From assembly GCA_963806225.1 (NCBI GenBank), contig CAWDXG010000004.1:4320001-4384000 (forward strand): 64,000 nt of DNA. Direction: 5' to 3'. Source of the DNA: an uncultured delta proteobacterium. GTDB taxonomy: Bacteria; Myxococcota_A; Polyangia; Polyangiales; Polyangiaceae. Positions 1-10,036 of the stretch are shown here, piece by piece; within the stretch, counting starts at the first letter, position 1; the number at the start of each line of letters is the position of its first letter. A model generated the notes under the pieces. That model was not told where the DNA came from, did not search any database, and was given only the letters and a program-made list of their open reading frames with translations. The position numbers and the translations under genes are program-made.

Positions 1-1171
1 AGGCCATCGCGACCAGGCCAATGGGAAGAACAACGGCAGGAACCCAGGCGACGCGCGCCGAGAACATCTCGGCCACGTTCGGCACCGCACGCTCGCCGAC
101 GAAGGGTGCGAAGCGGTGGAACCAGACCAAGAACGGGACGATCTTGTAGTAGTGGCCCGCGACGAACAGGCCAATACCGCCGAGCACGAGCAGCAGATAC
201 GCGAGCGGCCAGCGGGGCGCTTCGAGGCCGCTCCACGCTGCGTATGGTGCAAGCGGTAGCGCCAGCGCCAGCACGAACAAGCCCGCCGTCGCGAGCGCAA
301 GCCCCGGCCCCAGCTTCCGCTTGAGGCGCGACCGGTAGTGCCGCGCGGACTGCAAAAGGAAGGCGAACATTCCGGCTTCCATCAGTGCCAGCCCGGCTGC
401 ATCGGCTTCGCGACCGAGCGGCAGCACCGCCAACGCGACGCCAGACAGGATCAACGCCACGGCCGCCGCCGCGATTGTTCGCGGAACCCCGTGCACTACC
501 AGGAACATCGGCTGCAGGTGGCCGGCGACGGCGATCATGACGAGGCCGAGCCAGCCGAACAGCGCTATGTGGGCATGCACGAAGACGGCCTCGAAACGGT
601 CGGGGACGAAGCCGCGCGTCCGGTCCAGCGCCAGCGCGAAACCCCAAGCCAGCGTGACCAGCAGACAGAGCGCAGCGCCTAGCAGCGCCCACCACGTGGT
701 GTCGCGCATGCGCGCACGCGCGAGGGTTGCCAGCAGATTGAACGCGAACAGCAGTAGCCCTGACGCGAGGGCGCCGGCCCCGACCTCGAGCGCCGTCGTC
801 AGCGACGCGAGAAAGCCGAGCTCGAAGAGCACTAGCCCGAGTGCGACGAGCCCGAGCGTCCAGCGCGCGAGCGACGGCCAGCGGAGCGGCGTGCCGACGG
901 CGACGGGCAGGAACTGGCACAGCGCGCCGATGGCCGTCAGCGTGAGGAACCCGAGCGTGAACAGATGGGTGACTGCGATCACAGCCGGCACATAGAACGC
1001 GCCAGCGGCAAGGCCCGGAGCCACCCAGACGAGACCCAGCGCTCCCGGAACGAACGACAGCATCGCCGCCACGAAGAAGCTCCCCGGCAACGACAAGGGC
1101 GGCGAGTCCGCGGTTGCCAGCGAGGCAGCTGGACGGAGAGCCGCGACGTGGATCGCCTGGTTGGTAGCCAT
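1..1171 (-). CDS. Polytopic membrane protein, NnrS-like / heme-copper oxidase subunit I-like (runs off left edge)
   Basis: Own translation from ATG at 1171: MATNQAIHVAAL...VIAVTHLFTLGFLTLTAIGALCQFLPVA..., many hydrophobic helices with repeated His-containing motifs; no stop in window so absent from ORF track. Confidence 0.7.
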   Translation of the reverse strand, partial: MATNQAIHVAALRPAASLATADSPPLSLPGSFFVAAMLSFVPGALGLVWVAPGLAAGAFYVPAVIAVTHLFTLGFLTLTAIGALCQFLPVAVGTPLRWPSLARWTLGLVALGLVLFELGFLASLTTALEVGAGALASGLLLFAFNLLATLARARMRDTTWWALLGAALCLLVTLAWGFALALDRTRGFVPDRFEAVFVHAHIALFGWLGLVMIAVAGHLQPMFLVVHGVPRTIAAAAVALILSGVALAVLPLGREADAAGLALMEAGMFAFLLQSARHYRSRLKRKLGPGLALATAGLFVLALALPLAPYAAWSGLEAPRWPLAYLLLVLGGIGLFVAGHYYKIVPFLVWFHRFAPFVGERAVPNVAEMFSARVAWVPAVVLPIGLVAMA

Positions 1172-1265
1172 GGTGGGTGGGCGGCACATCCCCTCCAGCC
1201 GGTTGCACATGGAAAGTTCCGGCGGAGCTGGGCGGGGACCGCGCCTGCAGAGTGACCCGGCAGAG

Positions 1266-1281
1266 AGCAAGTACCGTGCCG
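1266..1281 (-). promoter_or_regulatory. Sigma-54 (-24/-12) promoter
   Basis: Minus strand CGGCACGGTACTTGCT = GG-N10-GC, matching TGGCACG-N4-TTGCW, ~95 bp upstream of the ATG at 1171; sigma-54 activator encoded 1.6 kb away. Confidence 0.75.
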
Positions 1282-1477
1282 CGCAGAGTCGCCTGCGAAC
1301 GGCGGGCCCTTATGGCGATCGAGCGTTCCGGATCGAAACATGGCGGAACGCGTCCGCGTTGCGCTCGCACTCGTTCTGCTCCACAGCGACCGGGTCGCGG
1401 CGGCGTCCGCTGCATTCTGCGCCCGCCCGCAGTTGCTCGCGCAATGCTTCAGGGAGGGCGGTCCGGGCTTCCGCCGT

Positions 1478-2071
1478 TCACGTCCGGTATTGGTCCCGGC
1501 GACGCTCGCGGATCGCGGCCCGGACGGCGTCGAGCGCTTCGTCGTCGAGCTCGGTGCGGAGCGCGGGAAAGATGTGCTCTTCCTCGGCCAGAAGGTGCCG
1601 CTCGAAGAGTTCCTGGAGCTCGCGCGCCCGGGGCAGAAGCTCGGCTGCGCGCGCGGCCAGGCCGCCCGGCGCCTCGGCCAGTGCCTGCCATGCCTCGACC
1701 TGCGGCGCCAGTAGCGCGTCGATGCGCTCGTGCTCGGCGTGCATCGTCTCGAGTCGCGCGTCCAGCTCGGTGCTCAGGCCGCGCAGGCGCGGAAGCAAGT
1801 CCAGTTCCTCGTCCTCGGTATGCAGCGGCAGGGCCAGCGTGAAGTAGCGCACGAGCTGCCGCGCCGCTTCGGCCACCTCATCCGCCGGGGCTCCGGGCGA
1901 CCCGGCCAGCGCGACGGCCATGCTGCTGAAGTGGCGGATGCGTGCGTGACAGCCGCTGAGCAGCGACAGCGCGTCGGAAGGCTCGGCTTCGCGTGAACGG
2001 AGTGACGGATACAACATGGGCGCCTCGATAGATTGCGTCGCCAGCTGCCGGGTGGCGATGACTTTGGTCAT
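1478..2071 (-). CDS. Hemerythrin (HHE) domain protein
   Basis: CHARIRHF...LPLHTEDEE...EHERID...RHLLAEEEHIFP His/Glu motifs; start uncertain (2071 or 2017). Confidence 0.85.
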   Translation of the reverse strand: MTKVIATRQLATQSIEAPMLYPSLRSREAEPSDALSLLSGCHARIRHFSSMAVALAGSPGAPADEVAEAARQLVRYFTLALPLHTEDEELDLLPRLRGLSTELDARLETMHAEHERIDALLAPQVEAWQALAEAPGGLAARAAELLPRARELQELFERHLLAEEEHIFPALRTELDDEALDAVRAAIRERRRDQYRT

Positions 2072-2112
2072 CGCCCTACCACGTGGTAGGAACCCACGCT
2101 TCCCGCTCGAGC

Positions 2113-2619
2113 ATGCGTATTCTGTATCTCGTCTCCGTCTGGCTGCACATCCTGGCCGCAACCGTGTGGGTGGGCGGGATGGCGTTTTTCATGCTGGTGC
2201 TGGTGCCGCTGATGCGGTCGAAGGCGGTCGGGGCCAATGCCGGCCTGCTCATCCACTGGATCGGCGTGCGCTTCCGCAGCGTGGGCTGGGCGAGCCTGGG
2301 CGTGCTGGTGGTGACCGGCGGCTTCAACCTGTACGCCCGCGGCGTCCGCTGGGCGGATCTCCACAGCGGAGACTTCTGGCACAGCGACTTCGGCGAGACG
2401 CTGGCGGTTAAGCTGGCGATCGTGGCGACCATTCTCGTCATCAGCGCGGTGCACGACTTCAAGGTCGGTCCGCTGGCGACGCGACTGCTACGCGAGCAGC
2501 CGGATTCCGCGCAGGCCCAGCGCTACCGCAACCTGGCGCGCGCCATCGGCCGGATCAACGTGGTATTGGCTCTCGCCGCCGTGGCGCTGGGCGTCGTGCT
2601 GGTGCGCGGTCTGCCGTGA
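2113..2619 (+). CDS. CopD/DUF4149-like membrane protein
   Basis: WLHILAATVWVGG motif, four TM helices, HDF motif. Confidence 0.75.
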   Translation: MRILYLVSVWLHILAATVWVGGMAFFMLVLVPLMRSKAVGANAGLLIHWIGVRFRSVGWASLGVLVVTGGFNLYARGVRWADLHSGDFWHSDFGETLAVKLAIVATILVISAVHDFKVGPLATRLLREQPDSAQAQRYRNLARAIGRINVVLALAAVALGVVLVRGLP

Positions 2620-2865
2620 ACACCAGGACGGCCGTCGGCGAGCCCTGACGCGCGGAGCGGTCCGACCGGAATTGCGTGGGAGGTCATGCTCAGCGCCTCG
2701 TCCCATGCACCCATGCGGAATCGTCCATGACAAATGTCACGATCGCGGCTGGCACGGAAAAACAAGCGTCAGAATGTCCCGGCCGATGAGCAACGAGCGC
2801 GTCGACGCGGGACACGGAGCGGGAGGCCTTGCGCCCGCGGTCGCAGTGTTCCAGATCGAAATCCA

Positions 2866-3915
2866 GTGAAACATCTTCCGCCGTGCGACCACCCCTTCGA
2901 GCGCGGCCGGCTGTGCAAGACATGCGGCCTCAGGCCGATGGTCGACGGCGTGCGGAGCTGCAGCCGGCTGGTCGCACGCAGCGACGCGATGCGCACGCTG
3001 CTCTCCAAGGTAGCGCTGGTCGCCGCCAGCGACGCGCCGGTAGTCATCGAGGGGGAAAGCGGCACGGGCAAAGAGGTGCTGGCCCGCGCCCTGCACGCCA
3101 ACAGCTCCCGCGCGTCGGGTCGCTTTGTCGCGGTGAACGTGGCCGCGCTGCCCGCCGACCTGCTCGAGTCCGAGCTCTTCGGGCATGCGCGGGGCGCGTT
3201 CACGGGAGCAACCGGCGCCAAGCAGGGACTGTTCGAGGAGGCCGCGGGAGGCACCCTGTTTCTCGACGAGATCGGGGAGATGCCTCACGCCCTGCAGGCC
3301 AAGCTCCTGCGCGCTCTGCAGGACGGTGAAATACGCCGCATCGGCGAGACGCGCTCGTTCTCGGTCGACGCGCGCGTTCTATGTGCAACGAATGTGGATC
3401 TGCGTGCGCATGTGTCGTCGGGGCACTTCCGCGCCGATCTCTACTATCGGCTGCGGGTCTTCGGCTTCGTGGTCCCGCCCCTTCGAGAGCGGCGCGACGA
3501 CATCCTGCCCCTGGCTCGCGTACTCCTCGAACGCATTCCGCACGCCTCGCAGCGCTTCACGCCGGACGCTGAAGCCGTGCTCCAGGCCTATTCGTGGCCG
3601 GGGAATGTGCGCGAGCTCGGGAACGCAGTACACCACGGAGCGGTCCTGTCACAGGGTGATGACATCAACGTCGCGCACCTGCCGGACGAGGTCATCTCGG
3701 GCCGCTCGGAGACCTCGGGAGGGGGATTGGATACGCTCGCAGAGGTCGAGCGGCGACATCTGCTGCGCGTGCTCGAGTTCTGCAACGGCAATCAGGCCGA
3801 GGCCGCCCGCATTCTCGGTATCGGAAGGACCACGCTCTGGCGCAAGATACGCGAGTTCCGCGTCGAGGCTTCGTCAAGCGAGCCGAGTGGGCTGCCCCTA
3901 TCTCCACGCCGGTAG
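2866..3915 (+). CDS. Sigma-54-dependent Fis-family transcriptional activator
   Basis: Walker [42 protein letters not shown]-terminal HTH ([15 protein letters not shown]); start taken at GTG 2866. Confidence 0.93.
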   Translation: MKHLPPCDHPFERGRLCKTCGLRPMVDGVRSCSRLVARSDAMRTLLSKVALVAASDAPVVIEGESGTGKEVLARALHANSSRASGRFVAVNVAALPADLLESELFGHARGAFTGATGAKQGLFEEAAGGTLFLDEIGEMPHALQAKLLRALQDGEIRRIGETRSFSVDARVLCATNVDLRAHVSSGHFRADLYYRLRVFGFVVPPLRERRDDILPLARVLLERIPHASQRFTPDAEAVLQAYSWPGNVRELGNAVHHGAVLSQGDDINVAHLPDEVISGRSETSGGGLDTLAEVERRHLLRVLEFCNGNQAEAARILGIGRTTLWRKIREFRVEASSSEPSGLPLSPRR

Positions 3916-4084
3916 TACCCAGCGGCTCACGGGCCGCAGCGCCCGGGAATGGCAACCTCCGCCACGATGCCGATGCATACCCCATACCGTCTACTCGCAG
4001 TCCGCGCTGGTCCAGAAGTTGCGTGGTCGAGGCGCAACATGAACGACCCAGGCTAGCCATCGCAGCACCACCCACAGGAACACC

Positions 4085-4423
4085 ATGACCCATGCCGTGT
4101 ATCCCCCTCCATCGCGCGATATCGCCAAGACGCGCCGCGCGCTGACGCCCGACATCCAGGACGCCTTCGATGCGTTCAGCCAACGCGTGTTTGCCGACGG
4201 CGCGCTTGACGCCAAGACGAAGCAGCTGATCGCGGTCGCAGTCGCGCATGTCACGCAGTGTCCGTACTGCATCACCGGGCACACGAAGGCGGCCCGCCGA
4301 AGTGGCGCCACGCCCGAGGAGATCATGGAAGCCATCTGGGTGGCTGCCGAGATGCGGGCGGGCGGCGCCTACGCACACTCGGCCGTTTCGCTGACGGTGT
4401 TGAACGAGGAGCAGCAGCGCTAG
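4085..4423 (+). CDS. Carboxymuconolactone decarboxylase / AhpD family protein
   Basis: GALDAKTKQLIAVAVAHVTQCPYCITGH motif. Confidence 0.9.
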   Translation: MTHAVYPPPSRDIAKTRRALTPDIQDAFDAFSQRVFADGALDAKTKQLIAVAVAHVTQCPYCITGHTKAARRSGATPEEIMEAIWVAAEMRAGGAYAHSAVSLTVLNEEQQR

Positions 4424-5127
4424 CCGCGGCTGGACACTTTCTCGAACAGGTACCGATACCGCGAATCGACGACAGCTCCGAACAACGGATCGTCGGGAGT
4501 CCGGAACCCCGCGTCGAGCGACTGCCAGTCGTCGCCATCCAGCACGCGACTCACCACCGGGTACAGGGACGCCTCCTCGAAATCGAGGTGGCTGCGCAGG
4601 TCCGAAGTGTACCGCTGCCCGGCTTCGACGACGGTATCTCGCGCGACGGGCACGTCCGCCTGTGCGCGTTCCAGCAGGTCACGAACCGTGCCGCCTCCCG
4701 ACAGGATGGCACCATGCTGGCGCGACACCACCTCGAGCGCCTCTCCAAGCTCCGCGTCACGCATCGCAGAAAGCGCGAAGGCAGCTTCTTCCCGCGGATG
4801 ATGGAAGCGATCAATGTACGTGGTCATGTAGTGGAGCACGTCCACCATCAGCTGGTAGTCGGGGGCTCCGCCGTTCGCGACGTTGACGAGCTCTGCGTCC
4901 AGCAGCTCGAGCAGAGTCCGCATCTGCTGATGTTCGCGGAGAAAGGCCGCGCATCGGGAGCGGCCGTCCGCTCGTTCAGCCTCCGTCGGCGGTCCGAGCG
5001 TCCCGCCTGGCGGATCGCTCGCAGGGAACGAGGCCGCACCCGCGTCGTCGACGCGTTCGCCTGCGGCAATCCGACTCGTGGCACGTGTCGTTTCGGGCCC
5101 GCTGCCGTCTGCACACTGGAGATACAT
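4420..5127 (-). CDS. Hemerythrin domain protein
   Basis: REHQQM...FHHPREE...QHGAI...HLDFEE motifs; N-terminal SFPASDPP motif; start uncertain. Confidence 0.8.
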   Translation of the reverse strand: MYLQCADGSGPETTRATSRIAAGERVDDAGAASFPASDPPGGTLGPPTEAERADGRSRCAAFLREHQQMRTLLELLDAELVNVANGGAPDYQLMVDVLHYMTTYIDRFHHPREEAAFALSAMRDAELGEALEVVSRQHGAILSGGGTVRDLLERAQADVPVARDTVVEAGQRYTSDLRSHLDFEEASLYPVVSRVLDGDDWQSLDAGFRTPDDPLFGAVVDSRYRYLFEKVSSRG

Positions 5128-5206
5128 GTTATCCCATCCAGCAAGAACCAGACCAGGAGCGGTACCATGCGGCTCGGATCGTGCATGAGCCTGACCGGAG
5201 TCCGTC

Positions 5207-5773
5207 ATGAGCACCACTGACCTGACGGTCGTGCCGGAGCTGTGGACCATCGGTCACTCCACGCGGTCCATCGACGAGTTCGTCGATCTCCTGCAGGTGC
5301 ACGGTATCGAGCGCGTCGCGGACATCCGCACTATTCCACGGTCGCGGCGGAACCCGCAGTTCAACCTTGACATGTTGCCGGAACACCTCGCCCGTGCCGG
5401 CATCCGCTATGTTCACCTGCCCGCTCTGGGAGGACTGCGCCGAGCGTGGAAGGACTCGAACAACGCCGGCTGGCGGAACCCGAGCTTCCGGGGCTTTGCG
5501 GACTACATGCAGACGCCAGATTTCGCGCATGCGCTGTCCGCGCTCGCGCAAACGGCACTGCATGAGCGGCTCGCGCTGATGTGCGCAGAAGCCGTGCCGT
5601 GGCGCTGCCATCGAAGCCTGGTGGCCGATGCCCTTGTGGTGCGGGGGGCCAGCGTCTGGCACATCACGAGCCGGTCGCGCGCTGCCGCTCACCGGCTGAC
5701 CTCGTTTGCCCACGTCGAGGGCGGGAACCTCACCTATCCGCCACCCGACGCACCGATGACCGATGAAAAATGA
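5207..5773 (+). CDS. DUF488 family protein
   Basis: WTIGHSTR, ADIRTIPRSRRNPQFN, LMCAEAVPWRCHRSLVAD. Confidence 0.92.
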   Translation: MSTTDLTVVPELWTIGHSTRSIDEFVDLLQVHGIERVADIRTIPRSRRNPQFNLDMLPEHLARAGIRYVHLPALGGLRRAWKDSNNAGWRNPSFRGFADYMQTPDFAHALSALAQTALHERLALMCAEAVPWRCHRSLVADALVVRGASVWHITSRSRAAAHRLTSFAHVEGGNLTYPPPDAPMTDEK

Positions 5774-6912
5774 CCGCTCGCCCGCAGCGAATCCGACCGC
5801 AGCCAGTCCTGTTCGGCGCGGCAACCCTGTACGCAATGGTCGCGCTACCGCTGTGGGTGCTGGCCCGGCAGCTGCAGACGCCCGCCTTCCCCGCGCGCTT
5901 CACTTCCGGCGATTGGCACGGCTACGAGATGCTCTTCGGATACGCCTTCGCCGTGGTCGCCGGGTTTCTGATGGGTCCTGTTCCGCGAGGGGCCGTAGCC
6001 TGGCTTGTCGTCGTGTGGTTCGTGGCCCGCGCTGGAGCGCTGGTCGCGCCGTTCGGTCCGGTCCATTCGATCGCCAGCGCGCTCTTTGCGCTGTCGGTCG
6101 CTGCTCTTCTGGCAGCGAAGCTGTTCCGTGGCCCGTCCAAGGCACGCAACCGGGTTTTTGCGCCCGTCGTCCTTGCGCTGTGTGCCATCGCCGCGCTCGC
6201 GCCCTTCGCTGGCGCGCTGCGTCTGCGGCTCTTCGTCGTAGCGCTGGATCTGTACGTCGTGTTGCTCGCGTTCATGGGTGGACGGCTGATCGCCGCAGCC
6301 GCGGCGGGCCACTTCTACCGCCGCGGCGAAAACCTCGAGCAGCGCGTGCAACCGCGACTCGAAGCCGCCCTTCTGACGAGCCTGCTGGTGCTGGCCGTGT
6401 GCGATCTCGTGGCAGCTCCCGAGGTCGTGTGCAGCGCCGTTGCCGTCGTCGCGTCCGTGCTGCTCCTGATCCGGTGGTCACGGTGGCGCCTTTGGACCTG
6501 CCTCGACTGGTGGAACCTGACGGCCCTGGGCGTGGGCTACCTGTGGCTGGCCATCGGGCTGGGCCTCAGGGCAACGCGCTCGCTACGGGTGTGGGTCCTT
6601 CCGGTCGACGCGCTGCACGGCCTCACGGTGGGCGCGCTCGGGTCGCTGACGCTGCTCGTCATGGGGCGCACGCGCGCCATGACCCGCGGCCTGGATCCGG
6701 AGCGCTCCGCAGTGCTCGCGGTGGCGGCCGTACTGGTGAACCTCGTTGCGCTGCTACGGCTCGCCGCGGGTGTGCTGGTCGCGCCGCGTCTCGATCTGCT
6801 GCTGGCCGCGGCCACTGCGTGGACGCTGGCGTTCGCAACACTGGCCAGCCTCATGTGGCGGCTCCGGCGGGCCGTGCCGCTGACAAAAGTCATGGCCAAG
6901 TCGGCGCGGTAG
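5770..6912 (+). CDS. nnrS: NnrS family membrane protein
   Basis: WHGYEMLFGYAFAVVAGFL, GGRLI, ALHGLTVGALG motifs; ~12 TM helices. Confidence 0.82.
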   Translation: MTARPQRIRPQPVLFGAATLYAMVALPLWVLARQLQTPAFPARFTSGDWHGYEMLFGYAFAVVAGFLMGPVPRGAVAWLVVVWFVARAGALVAPFGPVHSIASALFALSVAALLAAKLFRGPSKARNRVFAPVVLALCAIAALAPFAGALRLRLFVVALDLYVVLLAFMGGRLIAAAAAGHFYRRGENLEQRVQPRLEAALLTSLLVLAVCDLVAAPEVVCSAVAVVASVLLLIRWSRWRLWTCLDWWNLTALGVGYLWLAIGLGLRATRSLRVWVLPVDALHGLTVGALGSLTLLVMGRTRAMTRGLDPERSAVLAVAAVLVNLVALLRLAAGVLVAPRLDLLLAAATAWTLAFATLASLMWRLRRAVPLTKVMAKSAR

Positions 6913-6914
6913 TT

Positions 6915-6933
6915 GCAAATGATAATCATGTTC
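6915..6933 (+). promoter_or_regulatory. Fur-family box
   Basis: GCAAATGATAATCATGTTC matches GATAATGATAATCATTATC at 15/19; AT-rich patch 20 bp upstream of GGAGG-RBS/ATG at 6953. Confidence 0.75.
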
Positions 6934-6952
6934 AATTGCATTGGAGGCGCCC

Positions 6953-7780
6953 ATGACCACCCAGTCCGTCAGATTCGACGGTAAACCCTTCGAGAACCAC
7001 CTCGACGTCCAGAAGATGCCAGCCCACTGGTTGATGGCGCACCTGGGCAAGCGCGTGCTTCGCCCCGGCGGGCGGGAGACCACGCGCTGGCTGCTCGACC
7101 GCGCGCGCATCGACCAGTCCGACGACGTGGTCGAGCTCGCACCAGGCCTGGGGGTCACCGCCCGCGAGCTCCTGCAGCGCCGCCCCAAAAGCTACTCGGG
7201 TATCGAGCGCAACGTGGAGGCGATCGCGTTGACCCGGCGATCCCTGGCGCGCGCGGGGTTCCCCGCGACCACGGTGCTCAAGGGCGACGCGGCGGACGTG
7301 CCGCTGCCGGACAGCTCGGCGTCCCTGGTGTTCGGGGAGGCGATGCTGAGCATGCAGTCCCGCGACAAGAAGCGGCTCATCATCGACGAAGCCCGACGGC
7401 TGCTCTGCCCTGGAGGACGCTACGCCATCCACGAGCTCGCGGTCGTCCCGAACGACATCGACGGCGAACGCCTGACGCAGATCCAGCGTGACCTGTCCAC
7501 GACCATCCACGTCGGCGTCCGGATAGAAACACCCGCAGAGTGGGCGAACTTGCTCGAGGAGGCGGGGCTCGTTGTCGAGGCCACGCGAGTCGCGCCGATG
7601 CGCTTGCTGGAGGTCGATCGCCTGATCGACGACGAGGGCATCAGCGGGACGGCGCGCTTCGTCTTCAACACGCTGCGGACTCCCGGCGCCCTGCGACGCC
7701 TTGCCGCGGTGCGCGCCAGTTTCCATCGCCACCAGGCCCACCTGCGCGCCATCGCCATCGTGGCCAGAGCGCCATCTTGA
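6953..7780 (+). CDS. Class I SAM-dependent methyltransferase
   Basis: LRPGGRETT, VVELAPGLG motif I, GDAADVPL, LCPGGRY; RBS GGAGG. Confidence 0.88.
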   Translation: MTTQSVRFDGKPFENHLDVQKMPAHWLMAHLGKRVLRPGGRETTRWLLDRARIDQSDDVVELAPGLGVTARELLQRRPKSYSGIERNVEAIALTRRSLARAGFPATTVLKGDAADVPLPDSSASLVFGEAMLSMQSRDKKRLIIDEARRLLCPGGRYAIHELAVVPNDIDGERLTQIQRDLSTTIHVGVRIETPAEWANLLEEAGLVVEATRVAPMRLLEVDRLIDDEGISGTARFVFNTLRTPGALRRLAAVRASFHRHQAHLRAIAIVARAPS

Positions 7781-7792
7781 AGGAGTGAAACC

Positions 7793-8143
7793 ATGTCAAT
7801 ACCAACAAAGCTACCCGCTGCAGAAACACTCACCCTGTCGACGCTCGTCACCTCCACCGAGCAGGGCATCGCAAGCCGCGTGCTTGCCAAGACCGGCGGC
7901 GGCAGCGTGACACTGTTCGCCTTCGATACGGGCCAGGATCTGAGCGAGCACACCTCGCCGTTCGATGCGCTGGTCCTCGTTCAGCAGGGAGCACTGGACC
8001 TGACCGTCGGCGGACAGCCCGTCCAGGCCACGCCGGGCACTGTCGTGCTCATGCTCGCGAACGTTCCGCATGCCCTACAGGCGCGCGAGCCAACGCGGAT
8101 GCTGCTCGTCATGCTTCGCGAGCCCAACGCCCGGGGCAAATAG
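7793..8143 (+). CDS. Cupin domain protein
   Basis: TLFAFDTGQDLSEHTSP...ANVPHAL. Confidence 0.9.
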   Translation: MSIPTKLPAAETLTLSTLVTSTEQGIASRVLAKTGGGSVTLFAFDTGQDLSEHTSPFDALVLVQQGALDLTVGGQPVQATPGTVVLMLANVPHALQAREPTRMLLVMLREPNARGK

Positions 8144-8151
8144 AACGTCGA

Positions 8152-9042
8152 TCAGCCGCGCGCTCCCGAGCCTGGTCTGGAGCAAGGAACCGGTGCGGCG
8201 CCTGCCGTCGACACCCGCATGGTCCGGCGCGTGCCGACGCTGGTGATCTGCAACATCTTCCACAGGCCGAGCGCTGCGAGCGCCGCGAGATCGGTGAAGA
8301 GCAGCGGCGCGAAGAGCGGCGCGCCAAAGACGAGGCGTTCGCGAAGCGGCACGTTCGGCTGGGCGAGGTTCGCCGCCAGATGCAGCCCGAAGCCAAGCAG
8401 ACCCACAGCGGCCTCGAGCGCCGCGACGCCCAGCGACAGCTTGATGAACTGCCGTCCGCGCCGGAACAGCGCGGTGGAGAAAAACGCGAGGCCGAACGCC
8501 GCCGCCACCACCGGGATCCACTCGGCCGGGGAGAAGAAGTCGTTCTGCGCGTGGTCCAGCAGCGACAGCGCGAAGTTGCCGATGAAGCCGCCCATCGCCA
8601 GAAGCAGCACCCACGGCCCGAAGCCCGGCGACGTGCGCGGCTCCATGCGGTTCAGGATCAAGAGCAGCCCGATTCCGACGTAGGACAGCGGCGCGACGAA
8701 AGGCGCGGTGTACACCAGGCTCTTCAGCGTCCGGAGCTCGAAGAACGCGCTCTGGAGGTGCAGCAGCATGCCGGCGACGCCGATCATGACCGCCGCGACG
8801 CCCACCACGTAGCCGAGCCGGCGGCACACGCCGCGCTGGTAGCGCCCGCCAAAGAGTCCGGGCACGAGCAGCAGCGGCGCGAGGCAAGAGAAGAACACCG
8901 GCAGCCACTCCACGCGGCGCGCAAAGCTGTTTTCCAGATGGGCCAGGTAGATGTCCAGGGCAAGGAACCCGATGTTGCTGGTGGCGAACACCTCCACCAG
9001 CCAGTGCGGCGACAGGTCGCGCAGTCGCTCAAGGAGCCGCAT
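8152..9042 (-). CDS. Membrane protein, probable partner of the upstream multiheme cytochrome
   Basis: Duplicated TM modules (AHLENSF...EW / DHAQNDF...EW; LHL...APF/APL); overlaps the cytochrome fragment stop. Confidence 0.7.
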   Translation of the reverse strand: MRLLERLRDLSPHWLVEVFATSNIGFLALDIYLAHLENSFARRVEWLPVFFSCLAPLLLVPGLFGGRYQRGVCRRLGYVVGVAAVMIGVAGMLLHLQSAFFELRTLKSLVYTAPFVAPLSYVGIGLLLILNRMEPRTSPGFGPWVLLLAMGGFIGNFALSLLDHAQNDFFSPAEWIPVVAAAFGLAFFSTALFRRGRQFIKLSLGVAALEAAVGLLGFGLHLAANLAQPNVPLRERLVFGAPLFAPLLFTDLAALAALGLWKMLQITSVGTRRTMRVSTAGAAPVPCSRPGSGARG

Positions 9043-9265
9043 GCTGCTCCTTGTTTCCGGCCGCAGCGCGCGCCCGGATCTCGCGCGCCGCGGCTTCGAT
9101 CTGCACCTTGTGGCGGAGTAGCTCGTAGTTGCCGTGCCACTGCACGAAGTCCGCGCCGCCCATGAACGCGCCGTGTTTCGTCGTGCGCCCGAAGTAGTGC
9201 CACAGGTCGAACGCCATGAACTCGATGGGCTCGTCGAAGGGCTTCGGCGTGAGCAGCCCGTCCTT
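9029..9265 (-). pseudogene. 3' fragment of multiheme cytochrome c (HAO-like family), truncated by a rolling-circle element end
   Basis: KDGLLTPKPFDEPIEFMAFDLWHYFGRTTKHGAFMGGADFVQWHGNYE resembles the HAO-like C-terminus; no CxxCH motifs remain; abuts GCGCGTAGGT at 9267-9276. Confidence 0.65.
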
Positions 9266-9266
9266 C

Positions 9267-9800
9267 GCGCGTAGGTAACATGAGCGTCCTGCCCGCGACG
9301 CCAGGGCGCGCAGGCTCCGGGCGGCAAGGGAGCAGGTGCGGTTGCCAGGGCGGATAGGAAGGCTGCGGCGTGGCCATTCGGCGCTCGGTCGGGCCTGCGT
9401 CGCGGCGGGTAGCGCGCTCGAGGCGCACCGGTGCGCCGGCGACGGCGCGTTCAGTGCGCGTCGAACAGCTCCGCCTGCACGGGCTCACCGAGCCTTCGGC
9501 GGATGACGCGGCTCGAAAAGAACGGCGGCCCCCGCGCGGGCGCGAGCGCGGGCGGCTCGCTGGCCTCGCCGAGCCAGCGGAGGTAGCGGCGGATGCCGGC
9601 GGCGGTGATCACCAGCGCGCGCATTTTCAAGCGTCCGCCGCACTTGTTGCAGCGCTCGACCTCGATGCGGAAGGAGCGCTTCAAGAGCTCCGCCCACGGG
9701 CGATAGCCCGAGCGGGCGCCAGCCCGGCCTTGGCGGGCCCGCGCGGCGCGGCAGCGCGGCGCACCGTGGAGTGCCGCGCCGCGCGGGGGCAACCCTACAC
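9267..9800 (-). mobile_element. Non-autonomous IS91/ISCR-like mini-element (ori end, transposase 3' remnant 9451-9716, ter-like motif)
   Basis: RSGYRPWAELLKRSFRIEVERCNKCGG...QAELFDAH* homologous to the C-terminus of the 21248-22879 transposase; CGTAGGT at 9270; GGCCTTGGCGGGC at 9726. Confidence 0.8.
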
Positions 9801-9982
9801 GGCGCGCGGCGAGAAGCGGCGCAGGCGCAGGCTGTGCCGACTCGGCGTGCGGGGCTGGCGGCACGGGCGGCACCGCCGGGACCGCGGGCACCGCGGGCAC
9901 GGGCGGCAGCGACGCCGGGCCGGGTGGAAGCGCCGGTGTCGGCGGAACCGCGGGCAGCGCGGGGGCGGATGCAGGCCCCGGC

Positions 9983-10036
9983 TGTTACCGCTCACCGTGG
10001 ACGCCGGACGTAGCGCCGCTTTCGTTCACGCAGCGT
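9983..10036 (+). repeat. Orphan 54-bp copy of the DDE transposon left end
   Basis: TGTTACCGCTCACCGTGG...CACGCAGCGT identical to 13725-13778 except one base. Confidence 0.85.

Noticed and set aside
2750..2768. Sigma-54 promoter at TGGCACGGAAAAACAAGC
   Set aside because: The -12 GC is not at the required GG-N10-GC spacing
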